From: Nitrospinales bacterium
GTDB taxonomy: Bacteria; Nitrospinota; Nitrospinia; Nitrospinales; VA-1
Assembly (NCBI GenBank): GCA_965223345.1
Contig: CBDCWG010000012.1
Span: 1,920,001-1,984,000, forward strand
DNA: 64,000 nucleotides
Direction: 5' to 3'
Below the pieces are notes generated by a model, which saw nothing but the letters and a program-made list of their open reading frames with translations, had not been told where the DNA came from and did no database searches. The position numbers and the translations under genes are program-made. This document shows, piece by piece, positions 8,136 through 17,398 of this stretch (its first letter is position 1; each line of letters opens with the position of its first letter).

Positions 8136-9455
8136 TTACGCGAGGGTTGCGGAAACCTGCCCGGGCGAGACGCTCTCGATGCGGACGGGCACCAGGCGGT
8201 TTTTCAAGCGGTCTGCGCCCTCGAGGGCGACGGGGATGTAGTGTTCGGTGTGGCCCTTGAGCCGCCCCTGGGCGTCGTTCTGGTTTTCCAGCAGTACGGT
8301 CGCGGTGCGTCCGACGAAGCGCCGGCGAAAGCGCAGGGATTTTTCCTGCGCCAGCTCGGTGAGGATGCGGTTTCTCTCCTTTTTGACGGCTTTGGGCAGG
8401 TTGTCCTTGAAGCCGTGGGCTTCGGTGCCGCGGCGCGGCGAATAGGTGAACACGTGCAGGTAGGAGAACGGCAGCGCCTCGATCAGGCGGCGCGTGTTCT
8501 CAAAGTGGGCGTCGCTCTCGCCGGGAAAGCCGACGATGACATCGGCCCCCAGGGCCAGATCCGGGATCGCATCGAGCGCCTGCCGGGTGACGTCGAGATA
8601 CTGGGCCGCATTGTAGTTGCGCCGCATGCGCGCGAGCACCGCATCGTCGCCGCTTTGCAGCGGGATGTGGAAATGCGGGCAGAGGTTTTCGTGGTCTGCC
8701 ATCAGCGCGATCAGGTCCCGGTCGATCTCCATCGGGTTGATGGAGCTGATCCGCACGCGAAAATCGCCTTTCAGCCGAAGGATGTCGCGCACCAGCGAGG
8801 AGAAGGTTTCCCGCGGCGCGAGGTCCATGCCCCAGGTTCCCAGGTTGATGCCAGTGAGGGTGATCTCCTGGAAGCCGGAGGCGATGGCTTCTTTCACGTT
8901 GTGCAGGATGTTGTCGCGGGAATCGCTGATCGAGCGGCCGCGCGCCCGCACCACGGTGCAGAAGGCGCATTTCTCCTCGCATCCCGTCTGCACCTTGATG
9001 AAGGCCTTGGTCTTGCCGAGAAACCGCGAGACGGGCAGAGTGCGGAACACGCGCTTTTTGAGGATGTCGGTCTGGTGGATTTCCGCCGCGCCGGGTTGCT
9101 TCAACGCATTGCCACCGTCGAGCCGGTTTTTTATGACCTCGGCGATCTCCAGCTTGTTGGCGTTGCCCAGCACGATGTCCAGCCCTTCGATGCGGGACGC
9201 CTCTTCGGGTTCGAGCTGGGCGTAGCAGCCGGTGAACACCACCAGCGCGTCTTCGTTGATCGCCAGGGATTTTTTGACGGCGAGCCGCGAACTGTAATCG
9301 CTGCGCTGGGTTACCGAGCAGGTATTGATGACGTAGATGTCCGCGCGGTCTTTGGCGCCGACGATGGAAAACCCTTCCTCTTCCATGAGCGCCTGCATCT
9401 CCGCCGTGTCGTGCTGGTTGGTGCGGCATCCCAATGTGGCAAATGCGACTTTCAT
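8136..9455 (-). CDS. mtaB: tRNA t6A methylthiotransferase MtaB
   Basis: TLGCRTNQ, INTCSVT, TGCYAQ, radical SAM CEEKCAFC, and a C-terminal TRAM domain. Confidence 0.93.
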   Translation of the reverse strand: MKVAFATLGCRTNQHDTAEMQALMEEEGFSIVGAKDRADIYVINTCSVTQRSDYSSRLAVKKSLAINEDALVVFTGCYAQLEPEEASRIEGLDIVLGNANKLEIAEVIKNRLDGGNALKQPGAAEIHQTDILKKRVFRTLPVSRFLGKTKAFIKVQTGCEEKCAFCTVVRARGRSISDSRDNILHNVKEAIASGFQEITLTGINLGTWGMDLAPRETFSSLVRDILRLKGDFRVRISSINPMEIDRDLIALMADHENLCPHFHIPLQSGDDAVLARMRRNYNAAQYLDVTRQALDAIPDLALGADVIVGFPGESDAHFENTRRLIEALPFSYLHVFTYSPRRGTEAHGFKDNLPKAVKKERNRILTELAQEKSLRFRRRFVGRTATVLLENQNDAQGRLKGHTEHYIPVALEGADRLKNRLVPVRIESVSPGQVSATLA

Positions 9456-9701
9456 TCGTTTCCGCTGCAAAAAGGTTAAGCGGTTTGAATCAAACCGATC
9501 ACGGTCTGTCATCGTATCGTCAGCCCGTCCCAGAATCAACTTTTTTGCGGTCCGGGGGCCGGGAGGCGGGCTGTGGGAGCGGGCAGGGGGCTTGACCGCC
9601 CTGTGGGAGTTTGTTACCATCGCTGGCTGATTCAACCGTTAAGAAATCGCGTTCCCCTTTCCCTGCCGTTAACCGGAATCTCGATCTCTCATCCCCCCAA
9701 C

Positions 9702-9968
9702 ATGAACCGAGTCAAAAAGAAAACCACGACTTTCCTGGAGAAATGGCTGCATAAAACCATCAAGGATTACGTTTCTCACATGGAAGGCGACCAGAATGGA
9801 CAGCTGCACGATCTCATCATCGGCGGGGTGGAAAAGCCCCTGCTGGACATCGTGCTGACCGAAACCAAAGGAAATCAGACCCAGGCCGCAAATATTCTGG
9901 GAATCAACCGGAACACGTTGCGAAAAAAGATCAGCGACTATAAGATTAAATGCAAAGGAAAAGCCTAG
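9702..9968 (+). CDS. fis: Fis-family DNA-binding protein
   Basis: VEKPLL..VL..TKGNQTQAANILGINRNTLRKK helix-turn-helix. Confidence 0.85.
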   Translation: MNRVKKKTTTFLEKWLHKTIKDYVSHMEGDQNGQLHDLIIGGVEKPLLDIVLTETKGNQTQAANILGINRNTLRKKISDYKIKCKGKA

Positions 9969-10711
9969 CAGTCCTCGTTCTGGCGGCGGGAAAGGGGACG
10001 CGCATGAAATCCCCGCTTGCAAAGGTGCTCCAGCCTCTGGCGGAGAAACCGCTTTTGCATTACGTCCTGGAAACGGTGGATGCGCTGAAACCGGCGCGCC
10101 GGGTGGTGGTGGTCGGGTTCCAGGCGGAGGAAGTGAAGGCGCGCTTCTCCGGCCCGGAGCTGGAATACGTGGAGCAGAAAGAGCAGCTCGGCACCGGCCA
10201 TGCGGTCCTGCAGGCGGAATCCTGCCTTAAGGATTTCGACGGCGACGTGCTGATCTTATGTGGCGACATGCCGCTGATGCGGGTGGCCACCCTGAAGAAT
10301 CTGACCGAAAAACACCAGCGGACCGGGGCCGCCTGCACGGTGCTGACACTGAAGGCAAACGACGGAAAAATCAGGGATTTTGGCCGCATCGTCCGGGATT
10401 CCGAAGGCGCGGTGCTCAAAATCGTCGAAAATAAAGACGCCAGCCCGGAGGAGAAAAAGATCCAGGAATACAATTCCGGTGTATACTGTTTTAACAAAGC
10501 CTTGTTATTTAAAGCGTTATCGGGTATCGGCCGCAGCAACGCCCAGGGCGAGTATTACCTCACCGACACCGTGCAGTTCATGGTGGAAAATCGATTGCCT
10601 TTAGAGGCGGTTCAGACCGCCGATGCGGATGAGATTTTCGGCATCAATTCGAAAGAGGATCTCGACCGTGCGGAAGCGCTGCTGGCGCAGGCCGGCCCGA
10701 CTGGAAACTGA
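9950..10711 (+). CDS. glmU: GlmU N-terminal domain only (GlcNAc-1-P uridyltransferase)
   Basis: LAAGKGTRMKS..AKVL, QLGTGHAV, GDMPL, EYYLTD and GINS motifs; ends before the hexapeptide acetyltransferase domain. Confidence 0.88.
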   Translation: MQRKSLAVLVLAAGKGTRMKSPLAKVLQPLAEKPLLHYVLETVDALKPARRVVVVGFQAEEVKARFSGPELEYVEQKEQLGTGHAVLQAESCLKDFDGDVLILCGDMPLMRVATLKNLTEKHQRTGAACTVLTLKANDGKIRDFGRIVRDSEGAVLKIVENKDASPEEKKIQEYNSGVYCFNKALLFKALSGIGRSNAQGEYYLTDTVQFMVENRLPLEAVQTADADEIFGINSKEDLDRAEALLAQAGPTGN

Positions 10712-10748
10712 ACCGACGTTTGCGTTTACCCTACGTGAGAGCTGATCT

Positions 10749-11954
10749 ATGAAAGCCGTCATCCTGGCTGCCGGAAAAGGATCGAACCTGAATCCGTTTT
10801 CCACCACACGTCCTCTGCCCATGCTGCGCGTGGCCGGCCGCACGCTGTTCGACAACTCCCTCGATCTGTTGCAGCAGTCCGGCATCAACGACATCTTCGT
10901 CGTCGTCGAGCACCAGAAGGAAAAGCTGATCCAGGAGATCGGCGAGCACGTGAACAACGGCTTCAACCTGCATTACGTCGAGCAGGGCAAAAGCTCCGGC
11001 ATCGGCAACGCTGTGCTGAAGGTGAAAAACAAGATCGCGCACGGCGAGTATTTCCTGCTCATCTACGGCGACACGGTCACGGCGGCGAACATCTTCACCA
11101 AAATCCAGCAGTCGTTTCACGCTTTCAAATGCCCGGTGGCCTCGATCTGCCTGCCGACCTCGAACGAGATGTTCGGCAACGTGTTTTTGAACGCGCACAT
11201 GAAGATCACCAAGATCATCGAAAAGCCCAAGAGCGAGGATCTCGGTAACTACGTGCTGTCGGGGGTTTACATCCTGCCCAGCTCGTTTTTCAAGACGCTG
11301 GAAGCGGCCAACGGCTCGATGGAAAAAGCCCTCAAGAAAATGGTGGAGACCGAAGGATTGATGGCTTCGATGTGGGAAGAGGAATGGCTCGATATCGTGC
11401 ACCCGTGGGAGATCCTCAAGGCCAACAAGATCATCATGGATTCCTGGCAGACCTCCTCCATCGCGCAGACGGCGGTGCTGGAATCGAACGTCACCATGCA
11501 GGGCACGGTGGTCATCGAGGACGACGTGGTGGTCAAGGCGGGGGCGGTGCTGGAAGGGCCCTGCTGCATCGGCAAGGGCAGCTACATCGGCAACAACTCG
11601 CTGATCCGCAGCTACACGTCACTGGGGCAGAACTGTTCGGTGGGCTACGGCGTGGAACTGAAAAACTGCGTGGTGCTGGACAACTCCCACATCGGGCGGC
11701 TGTCGTTCATCGGCGACAGCGTATTGGGTGAGAAAGTCGATGTGGGTGCGGGCTGCATGACGGTGAACCGGTCGGTGGACTGGAAACCGATCGCCGTGAA
11801 GAACGGCACGAAAAAAGTGGATTCCGGGAGCGTGAAGCTGGGCGCGTTTATCGGCGATGAGGTGGTGATCGGCGCGGGCAACACGATCCAGCCGGGTACG
11901 GTGGTGCGGCCGGGCAAGATCCTGCCGGCGTTTTATTCTGTCAAAACTAACTGA
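10749..11954 (+). CDS. Archaeal-type GlmU-like sugar-phosphate nucleotidyltransferase/acetyltransferase
   Basis: MKAVILAAG, WLDIVHPWEILKAN, hexapeptide repeats GVELKNCV..LSFIGDSVLG..GAG..KLGAFIGD; 401 aa. Confidence 0.85.
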   Translation: MKAVILAAGKGSNLNPFSTTRPLPMLRVAGRTLFDNSLDLLQQSGINDIFVVVEHQKEKLIQEIGEHVNNGFNLHYVEQGKSSGIGNAVLKVKNKIAHGEYFLLIYGDTVTAANIFTKIQQSFHAFKCPVASICLPTSNEMFGNVFLNAHMKITKIIEKPKSEDLGNYVLSGVYILPSSFFKTLEAANGSMEKALKKMVETEGLMASMWEEEWLDIVHPWEILKANKIIMDSWQTSSIAQTAVLESNVTMQGTVVIEDDVVVKAGAVLEGPCCIGKGSYIGNNSLIRSYTSLGQNCSVGYGVELKNCVVLDNSHIGRLSFIGDSVLGEKVDVGAGCMTVNRSVDWKPIAVKNGTKKVDSGSVKLGAFIGDEVVIGAGNTIQPGTVVRPGKILPAFYSVKTN

Positions 11955-11973
11955 ATCTGATTCGAGTCGCTCT

Positions 11974-13794
11974 ATGTGTGGTATCAGCGGTGTGGTGGGG
12001 TTGAACAACATATCCGAAACGCTGTTCGAGGGCATCCGCAGTCTCGAGTACCGGGGCTACGATTCCTGCGGCGTCGCCATGATGAACGGCAAATCCCTGC
12101 TCATCAAAAAGAACGTTGGCGGCGTGGAGGAATGCTTCCGCAAGGAAAACATCCTGTCGCACAGCAGCAAGATCGGCATCGCGCACACCCGCTGGGCGAC
12201 GCACGGAAAGGTGACGCGCGACAACACGCATCCCTTTCCCTCCTGCGACGGCCGCTTTGCGGTGGTGCACAACGGCATCATCTCCAATTACCGCCCGCTC
12301 CGGGAACAGCTCAAGGCGGATGGGCACACATTCACATCCGAAACCGACACGGAAGTCATTCCGCACCTTTTGGAGAAATTCTACAAACAGACCAAGAATC
12401 CGGAAAAAGCCCTGATCAAGGTGCTGCATCTTCTGGAAGGCACCTTCGCGCTGGCGTTCATCACCTCTTACGCTCCGGGGCAGATCTTCTGCGCCAAGCG
12501 GGAATCCCCGCTGATGCTGGGGATCGGGGATGAGGCCAAGTACATCGGTTCCGACTTCAACGCCTTCATCGACCAGACCAAAAACGCCATCATCATCGAC
12601 GACGGCGAGTACGCCATCGTGACGCGGGACTCCTACATCGTGAAAAATGCGCTGACGGGGGAGGAGATCGCCAAGGAGATCACCAAAATCGCCTGGGACA
12701 GCGAGACCTCGAAAAAGGGCGGCTATCCGCACTACATGCTGAAAGAGATCTACGAGCAGCCGCAAACCGTGACCACAGCATTGGAGCAGGACCCGGCGGC
12801 CACGGAAGAAGTGGCCGAGATGATCTTAAGCAGCGACAAAACCCATCTGGTGGGTGTGGGCACGACCTTTTACGTGGCCAACTACGGCAACTACATTTTT
12901 TCCAGCCTGGCCGGCGAGTATTTGCCGACGATCAGCTCCGATGAGTTCATCTCGCTGGCGAATGTGGACAAGAACAGCATGGTGATGGCGATGTCGCAGT
13001 CCGGCGAAACCTACGACACGCTTTCGGCGCTCAAGCACGCCAAGGCGCAGGGCGCGAAGACCGCCGCCGTCGTCAACGTGATGGGCTCCTCGATCGCGCG
13101 GCTGGTGGACAAGGTCATCCTGCAGGGCTCCGGCCCGGAGATCTGCGTCATCAGCACCAAGGCGGCGCTCTCGCAGATGCTCATCCTGACCCTGATCGCG
13201 CTGAAGCTGGCGGTGAAGAAAAAGGTCATGACGAAAAAGGTGTACAACAAAAACATGGCGGCGCTCAAAGAGCTGCCCAGCATCATTCAGAGCATCCTCA
13301 ACGAGCGCTCCGGCTTCATCCACCGCATCGCCAACCGCTACTGCAAGACCCGGCACTGGCTGTACCTGGGGCGCGGCATCTATTATCCCATCGCCCTGGA
13401 ATCCGCGCTCAAGATGAAGGAAGTGGCCTACGTGCACGCCGAGGGCATGCCCGGCGGCTTCCTCAAGCACGGCACGCTGGCGATGATCGATCAGGACATC
13501 TACTCGATCGTGTTCATTCCGCCGAAAGAGGACAAGCAGCTGTACGAGGCGACGCTGCACAGCGTCGAGGAAATCCGCGCGCGCGCCGGTTTCGTGCTCG
13601 GCATCCATTTCGACGAGCGCGGCAAGAACAAGGACCTGTTCAGTGAAGAGCTGATCCTGCCCACCGTGCCGCCCATCATCGCGCCGTTGATCCAGATGGT
13701 CATCGGCCAGTTATTCTCCTACTTCACCGCCACCAGCCTCAAGCGCAACGTGGACAAACCGCGCTCCCTCGCCAAGTCGGTGACCGTGGGTTAA
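11974..13794 (+). CDS. glmS: Glutamine-fructose-6-phosphate aminotransferase
   Basis: MCGI, LEYRGYDS, HTRWATHG, SQSGET, LKMKE and PRSLAKSVTV motifs. Confidence 0.97.
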   Translation: MCGISGVVGLNNISETLFEGIRSLEYRGYDSCGVAMMNGKSLLIKKNVGGVEECFRKENILSHSSKIGIAHTRWATHGKVTRDNTHPFPSCDGRFAVVHNGIISNYRPLREQLKADGHTFTSETDTEVIPHLLEKFYKQTKNPEKALIKVLHLLEGTFALAFITSYAPGQIFCAKRESPLMLGIGDEAKYIGSDFNAFIDQTKNAIIIDDGEYAIVTRDSYIVKNALTGEEIAKEITKIAWDSETSKKGGYPHYMLKEIYEQPQTVTTALEQDPAATEEVAEMILSSDKTHLVGVGTTFYVANYGNYIFSSLAGEYLPTISSDEFISLANVDKNSMVMAMSQSGETYDTLSALKHAKAQGAKTAAVVNVMGSSIARLVDKVILQGSGPEICVISTKAALSQMLILTLIALKLAVKKKVMTKKVYNKNMAALKELPSIIQSILNERSGFIHRIANRYCKTRHWLYLGRGIYYPIALESALKMKEVAYVHAEGMPGGFLKHGTLAMIDQDIYSIVFIPPKEDKQLYEATLHSVEEIRARAGFVLGIHFDERGKNKDLFSEELILPTVPPIIAPLIQMVIGQLFSYFTATSLKRNVDKPRSLAKSVTVG

Positions 13795-13893
13795 CCACGG
13801 CGGTTTCCCGCAAGACGCTTCCTTTCCGCTTGACGGACTCACGCTACCTGCATACAGTGGTGGCTCCACCGTACCCACTCTTGGAGGAGAACC

Positions 13894-14340
13894 ATGAATT
13901 TCTGTAAATCCATCATCGGGATCGTTTTGTGTGGATCGTTCGCACTGTTGACCGGCTGCGCGACGAGCACCGTATCGAGCGACAAGCCGGACCTCATCCC
14001 CGAGCGGCGCTCGGGAGGTAACGGACCGGAGGCCTATTGCCGCCGCAGCGGCGACAACGAACTGGAAGTGGTGGTGCGCAACCAGAGCGGCGTGGACGCC
14101 ACGAAAGCGTCGAAGACCCAGGTCAAATATTCCTCCGGCGGCGATTTCAAAAAGCCCACCGACGCGCTGGCGGGCGGCGCGTCGGATGAAGTTTCCTTCC
14201 CGTTGCCGGGAAGCTGCTTCAACCCGGACTGCCGCTTCACGATTCAGGTGGATGCGGACAACGAGATCGAAGAGAGCCACCGCGACGCCCCGGATGAGCA
14301 CGAGTTCAACAACAAAGTGGAAGGGGTGTGTGTTGGGTGA
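13894..14340 (+). CDS. Lipoprotein with CARDB-like Ig domain
   Basis: Lipobox LTGC; KPDL..VRNQ..VDADNEIEES..NN pattern; GGAGG RBS. Confidence 0.75.
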   Translation: MNFCKSIIGIVLCGSFALLTGCATSTVSSDKPDLIPERRSGGNGPEAYCRRSGDNELEVVVRNQSGVDATKASKTQVKYSSGGDFKKPTDALAGGASDEVSFPLPGSCFNPDCRFTIQVDADNEIEESHRDAPDEHEFNNKVEGVCVG

Positions 14341-14463
14341 GTGTAATTTCAAAAAAAACAATATTTTGTCAAGATTGGGAGATTGTTAGTTCCTGTTAAA
14401 AGTAGTAGAATAAAAGTATGCACAAAGAAGAACAATACTTTTTCACCTAAAAAGTAAAATCTT

Positions 14464-15339
14464 GTGTTGGAATTGAAATATCCTAAGGTTCAAAGCCTTG
14501 CATGGTCAAACAAATTATTCGATTTGTATCACACTGCTAGGAATACGCGTGAAGAAGAAATAAGGTTCGATTTTAGCAAAACCATTTCACTAACGCCTTT
14601 TAGCATTATTTTGATAACGGCTACAGTTGAGGAATGTATTCGAAATGGGAAAAAATGTTTTTATCGAGCTCCAAAGAATCGAAGGTTGAGGGAGTTTTTA
14701 AGAGATATAGGTTTTATTGAATTTTGGAACTTATCGGAAGAGGAATTTGATAGTAAAAGGATCCAATCTCCTAACATCCAGCTCAGAAAATTAAAAGGTT
14801 TGAACCCTCTTTTTATCGATGAAATTATTGAAGTTTTTGATTTTCATCTGAATTTGTCTGAGGGTGTTAGAGGATCTCTTAAAGTGAGCTTGTCAGAAAC
14901 TATGCAAAATGTTGTTACCCACAGTGAAAGTGATGGGTATTACATTTGTGCATGGAGTAACAAAAGGAAAAAACAGCTTCAGCTATGTATATCTGATCTT
15001 GGAATTGGTATATTATCCTCTCTTCAATCAAGCGAAGAATATTCGTTTTTATCAAACCATCATCGAGCAATTCGATTGGCCACTGAGGAAGGTGTGACTT
15101 CTCGCCCATCGAGAAACGCAGGTCTTGGTTTGAATCACATAAAAAACTTTATTTCTATAAATAAAGGAAAAATGTGCATTATTTCTGGAAATGGGAAAGT
15201 ATTTTGGAAATTTGATCAGGGAAAGATTCTTGAGCAGGATATGAAAATTCCATTCTCTGGGACTGTGATTAAATTAGAAATAAATACAGATAGGGAAGGG
15301 TATTATTTTCTTGCAACGGAAAATGAATTCTTATTTTAA
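14464..15339 (+). CDS. AT-rich STAS-like plus GHKL/HATPase-like ATP-binding protein
   Basis: SETMQNVVTHS (N box), DLGIGI (G1), GLGL (G2) and GTVI motifs; N-terminal STAS-like region. Confidence 0.8.
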   Translation: MLELKYPKVQSLAWSNKLFDLYHTARNTREEEIRFDFSKTISLTPFSIILITATVEECIRNGKKCFYRAPKNRRLREFLRDIGFIEFWNLSEEEFDSKRIQSPNIQLRKLKGLNPLFIDEIIEVFDFHLNLSEGVRGSLKVSLSETMQNVVTHSESDGYYICAWSNKRKKQLQLCISDLGIGILSSLQSSEEYSFLSNHHRAIRLATEEGVTSRPSRNAGLGLNHIKNFISINKGKMCIISGNGKVFWKFDQGKILEQDMKIPFSGTVIKLEINTDREGYYFLATENEFLF

Positions 15340-15345
15340 AAAATT

Positions 15346-15717
15346 ATGAAAATTAATTTAAAGAAAAATTGTAGTGGGCAAACCATTACACGAGAAGATG
15401 GGGAAAAAATTTATAAGATGGTTAGAGATGCCTGGCCTCTTGAGAATAAAATAATTATTGATTTTAGTAATATATTGGTAGCTTCCGTTTCGTTTATGGA
15501 TCAAGCATTTGGGAAATTAGCATTTAATTTTCCAAGAGACGAGTTGGTCAAAAAGCTTCAATTTAAAAATATAAACAACTACGATAGAGCTTTGCTTAAT
15601 GATATTTTGATATCAAGGTATAATCAAAAAGCATTAGGGCAAAATGGAGTTTCAAAAGGCAGTAGGTCAACAAAAAGAAGAAGAATAACAATAAGAGAAA
15701 ATAAGCGATCGGCTTGA
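15346..15717 (+). CDS. STAS-like domain protein (DUF4325-like)
   Basis: TREDG..IIIDFSNI..ASVSFMDQAFGKL pattern; follows the ATPase gene by 6 nt. Confidence 0.8.
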   Translation: MKINLKKNCSGQTITREDGEKIYKMVRDAWPLENKIIIDFSNILVASVSFMDQAFGKLAFNFPRDELVKKLQFKNINNYDRALLNDILISRYNQKALGQNGVSKGSRSTKRRRITIRENKRSA

Positions 15718-15997
15718 CGAGTTAAGAAAATTCAGCTAAAGATGGGCCATCAGGGCTCTTTGTAATAACTTTCTATTTACACTTTAACATTCCTACCTCT
15801 GTTTTATTCCTCTACGCCCTGCTTTCTTCCGGATTTCCCATTCTTTTCAACAATTTGTTGCCAAGGCAAATCGGGGTTTGCTAGAGTGATCGTTTTTCCC
15901 ATTCAAACCCGATATCCGGATTGCGGGGCAGGGCGTATGGGGCCCTAGCCGTGTTTTTTCGGCAGCGTCCTGTTCCGCATTTTTTATTTCTCTAGCT

Positions 15998-17368
15998 ATG
16001 GCAAAGAAAAACTCGACGATAAAAACCGCGCTGACGATCGCCGGTTCCGATCCGAGCGGCGGTGCGGGGATTCAGGCGGACCTCAAAACCTTTGCAGCGC
16101 ACGGGGTGTTCGGCCTGTCGGTGGTCGCGGCCATCACCGCCCAGAACACGCGCGGTGTGGTGAGCACGCACGACCTGCCGGCGAGAGTGCTGGAGGGCCA
16201 GCTCGAGGCGGTGTTCGCGGACAAGAAACCGCTTGCCGTCAAAACGGGCATGCTCGGCAACGAGGCGCTGGTCGAGACGGTGGCGCGGCTGCTCAAGCGC
16301 CATAAGGTGAAAGCGCTGGTGGTCGATCCGGTGATCCTTTCCTCCAACGGCAAGGAGTTGCTGTCGCCTGCGGGGGTGGAGGCGGTGAAAAAGCGGCTGC
16401 TGCCGCTGGCGCAGCTGGTGACGCCCAACCTGAAGGAAGCGGAGGTGCTGGCGGGCGTTTCCATAAAAAAAACCGCCGACCGTTTGAAAGCGGCGAAGGC
16501 CATCCTGAAAGCGGGAGCGAAACGGGTGCTGATCAAGGGCGGGCACCTGAAAGGCGATCCGGAGGATTTTTTCTTCGACGGCAAGCAGTTGTTCACCCTC
16601 AAATCGCCGCGGCTGACGGATGAGGACCCGCACGGCACGGGCTGCGTGCTTTCGGCGGCCATCGCCGCCGGGCTGGCGAACGGTCAGAAAATCGAGGAGG
16701 CGGTGCGTGCGGCCAAGGACTTCATCGGCCAGGCGATCACAGGAGGTGTGCGCTCGGGCGATGGGGCGCTCAACGTCAATCCGCTCGCGCCCCTGTATCA
16801 GAGCGGCGAGCGGCTGGACCTGTTCCAGAGGATGACGCGGGCGGTGGAAACGCTGAAGCGCGAGCGCATCGGCGACCTGGTGCCGGAGGTGCAGTCCAAC
16901 ATCGGCATGGGGCTGGTGGGTGCGCGCCGCGAGGCGGATGTGATCGGCATTCCCGGGCGCATCATCAAGCTGGGGCCGGACATCCACACGCTGGCGGCGC
17001 CGGAGTTCGGCGGCTCGCGCCACGTGGCCCATATCGTGTTGACGCTGATGCGCCACGATCCTTCGAAGCGGGCGGTGATGAACATCAAATACACGGACGC
17101 GCTGCTGAAGATCTGCAAAAAGCTGAAATTCAGGCTCGCCTCGTTCGACCGCGCCGACGAACCGAAAAAGGTGCGGGAGGTGGAAGGCTCGTCGCTGGAA
17201 TGGGGCACCGATCACGCGGTGCGCGGCTTCGGCTCGGTGCCGGACATCATTTACGATCTGGGCGGTTTTGGCAAGGAGGAGATGATCCGGGTGATCGCGG
17301 AGGACCTGGAGTCGCTGGTGGAGAAAGTGCTCAAAATCCACCGCCTGCACAAAAAGGCCAAAGGGTAG
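15998..17368 (+). CDS. thiD: Bifunctional HMP/HMP-P kinase fused to ThiN thiamine-phosphate synthase
   Basis: ThiD motifs GSDPSGGAGIQAD, KTGML, TPN, HGTGC; C-terminal ThiN motifs VPEVQSNI, PEFGGSRHVA, NIKY, GFGKE. Confidence 0.92.
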   Translation: MAKKNSTIKTALTIAGSDPSGGAGIQADLKTFAAHGVFGLSVVAAITAQNTRGVVSTHDLPARVLEGQLEAVFADKKPLAVKTGMLGNEALVETVARLLKRHKVKALVVDPVILSSNGKELLSPAGVEAVKKRLLPLAQLVTPNLKEAEVLAGVSIKKTADRLKAAKAILKAGAKRVLIKGGHLKGDPEDFFFDGKQLFTLKSPRLTDEDPHGTGCVLSAAIAAGLANGQKIEEAVRAAKDFIGQAITGGVRSGDGALNVNPLAPLYQSGERLDLFQRMTRAVETLKRERIGDLVPEVQSNIGMGLVGARREADVIGIPGRIIKLGPDIHTLAAPEFGGSRHVAHIVLTLMRHDPSKRAVMNIKYTDALLKICKKLKFRLASFDRADEPKKVREVEGSSLEWGTDHAVRGFGSVPDIIYDLGGFGKEEMIRVIAEDLESLVEKVLKIHRLHKKAKG

Positions 17369-17398
17369 GGCGGATGCCCTCCGCGTGAGGAAATTCTT

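Noticed and set aside
15865..15950. TPP riboswitch upstream of thiDN
   Set aside because: Only a loose resemblance; the conserved CTGAGA core is absent (CTAGAG). An Rfam search would be decisive.
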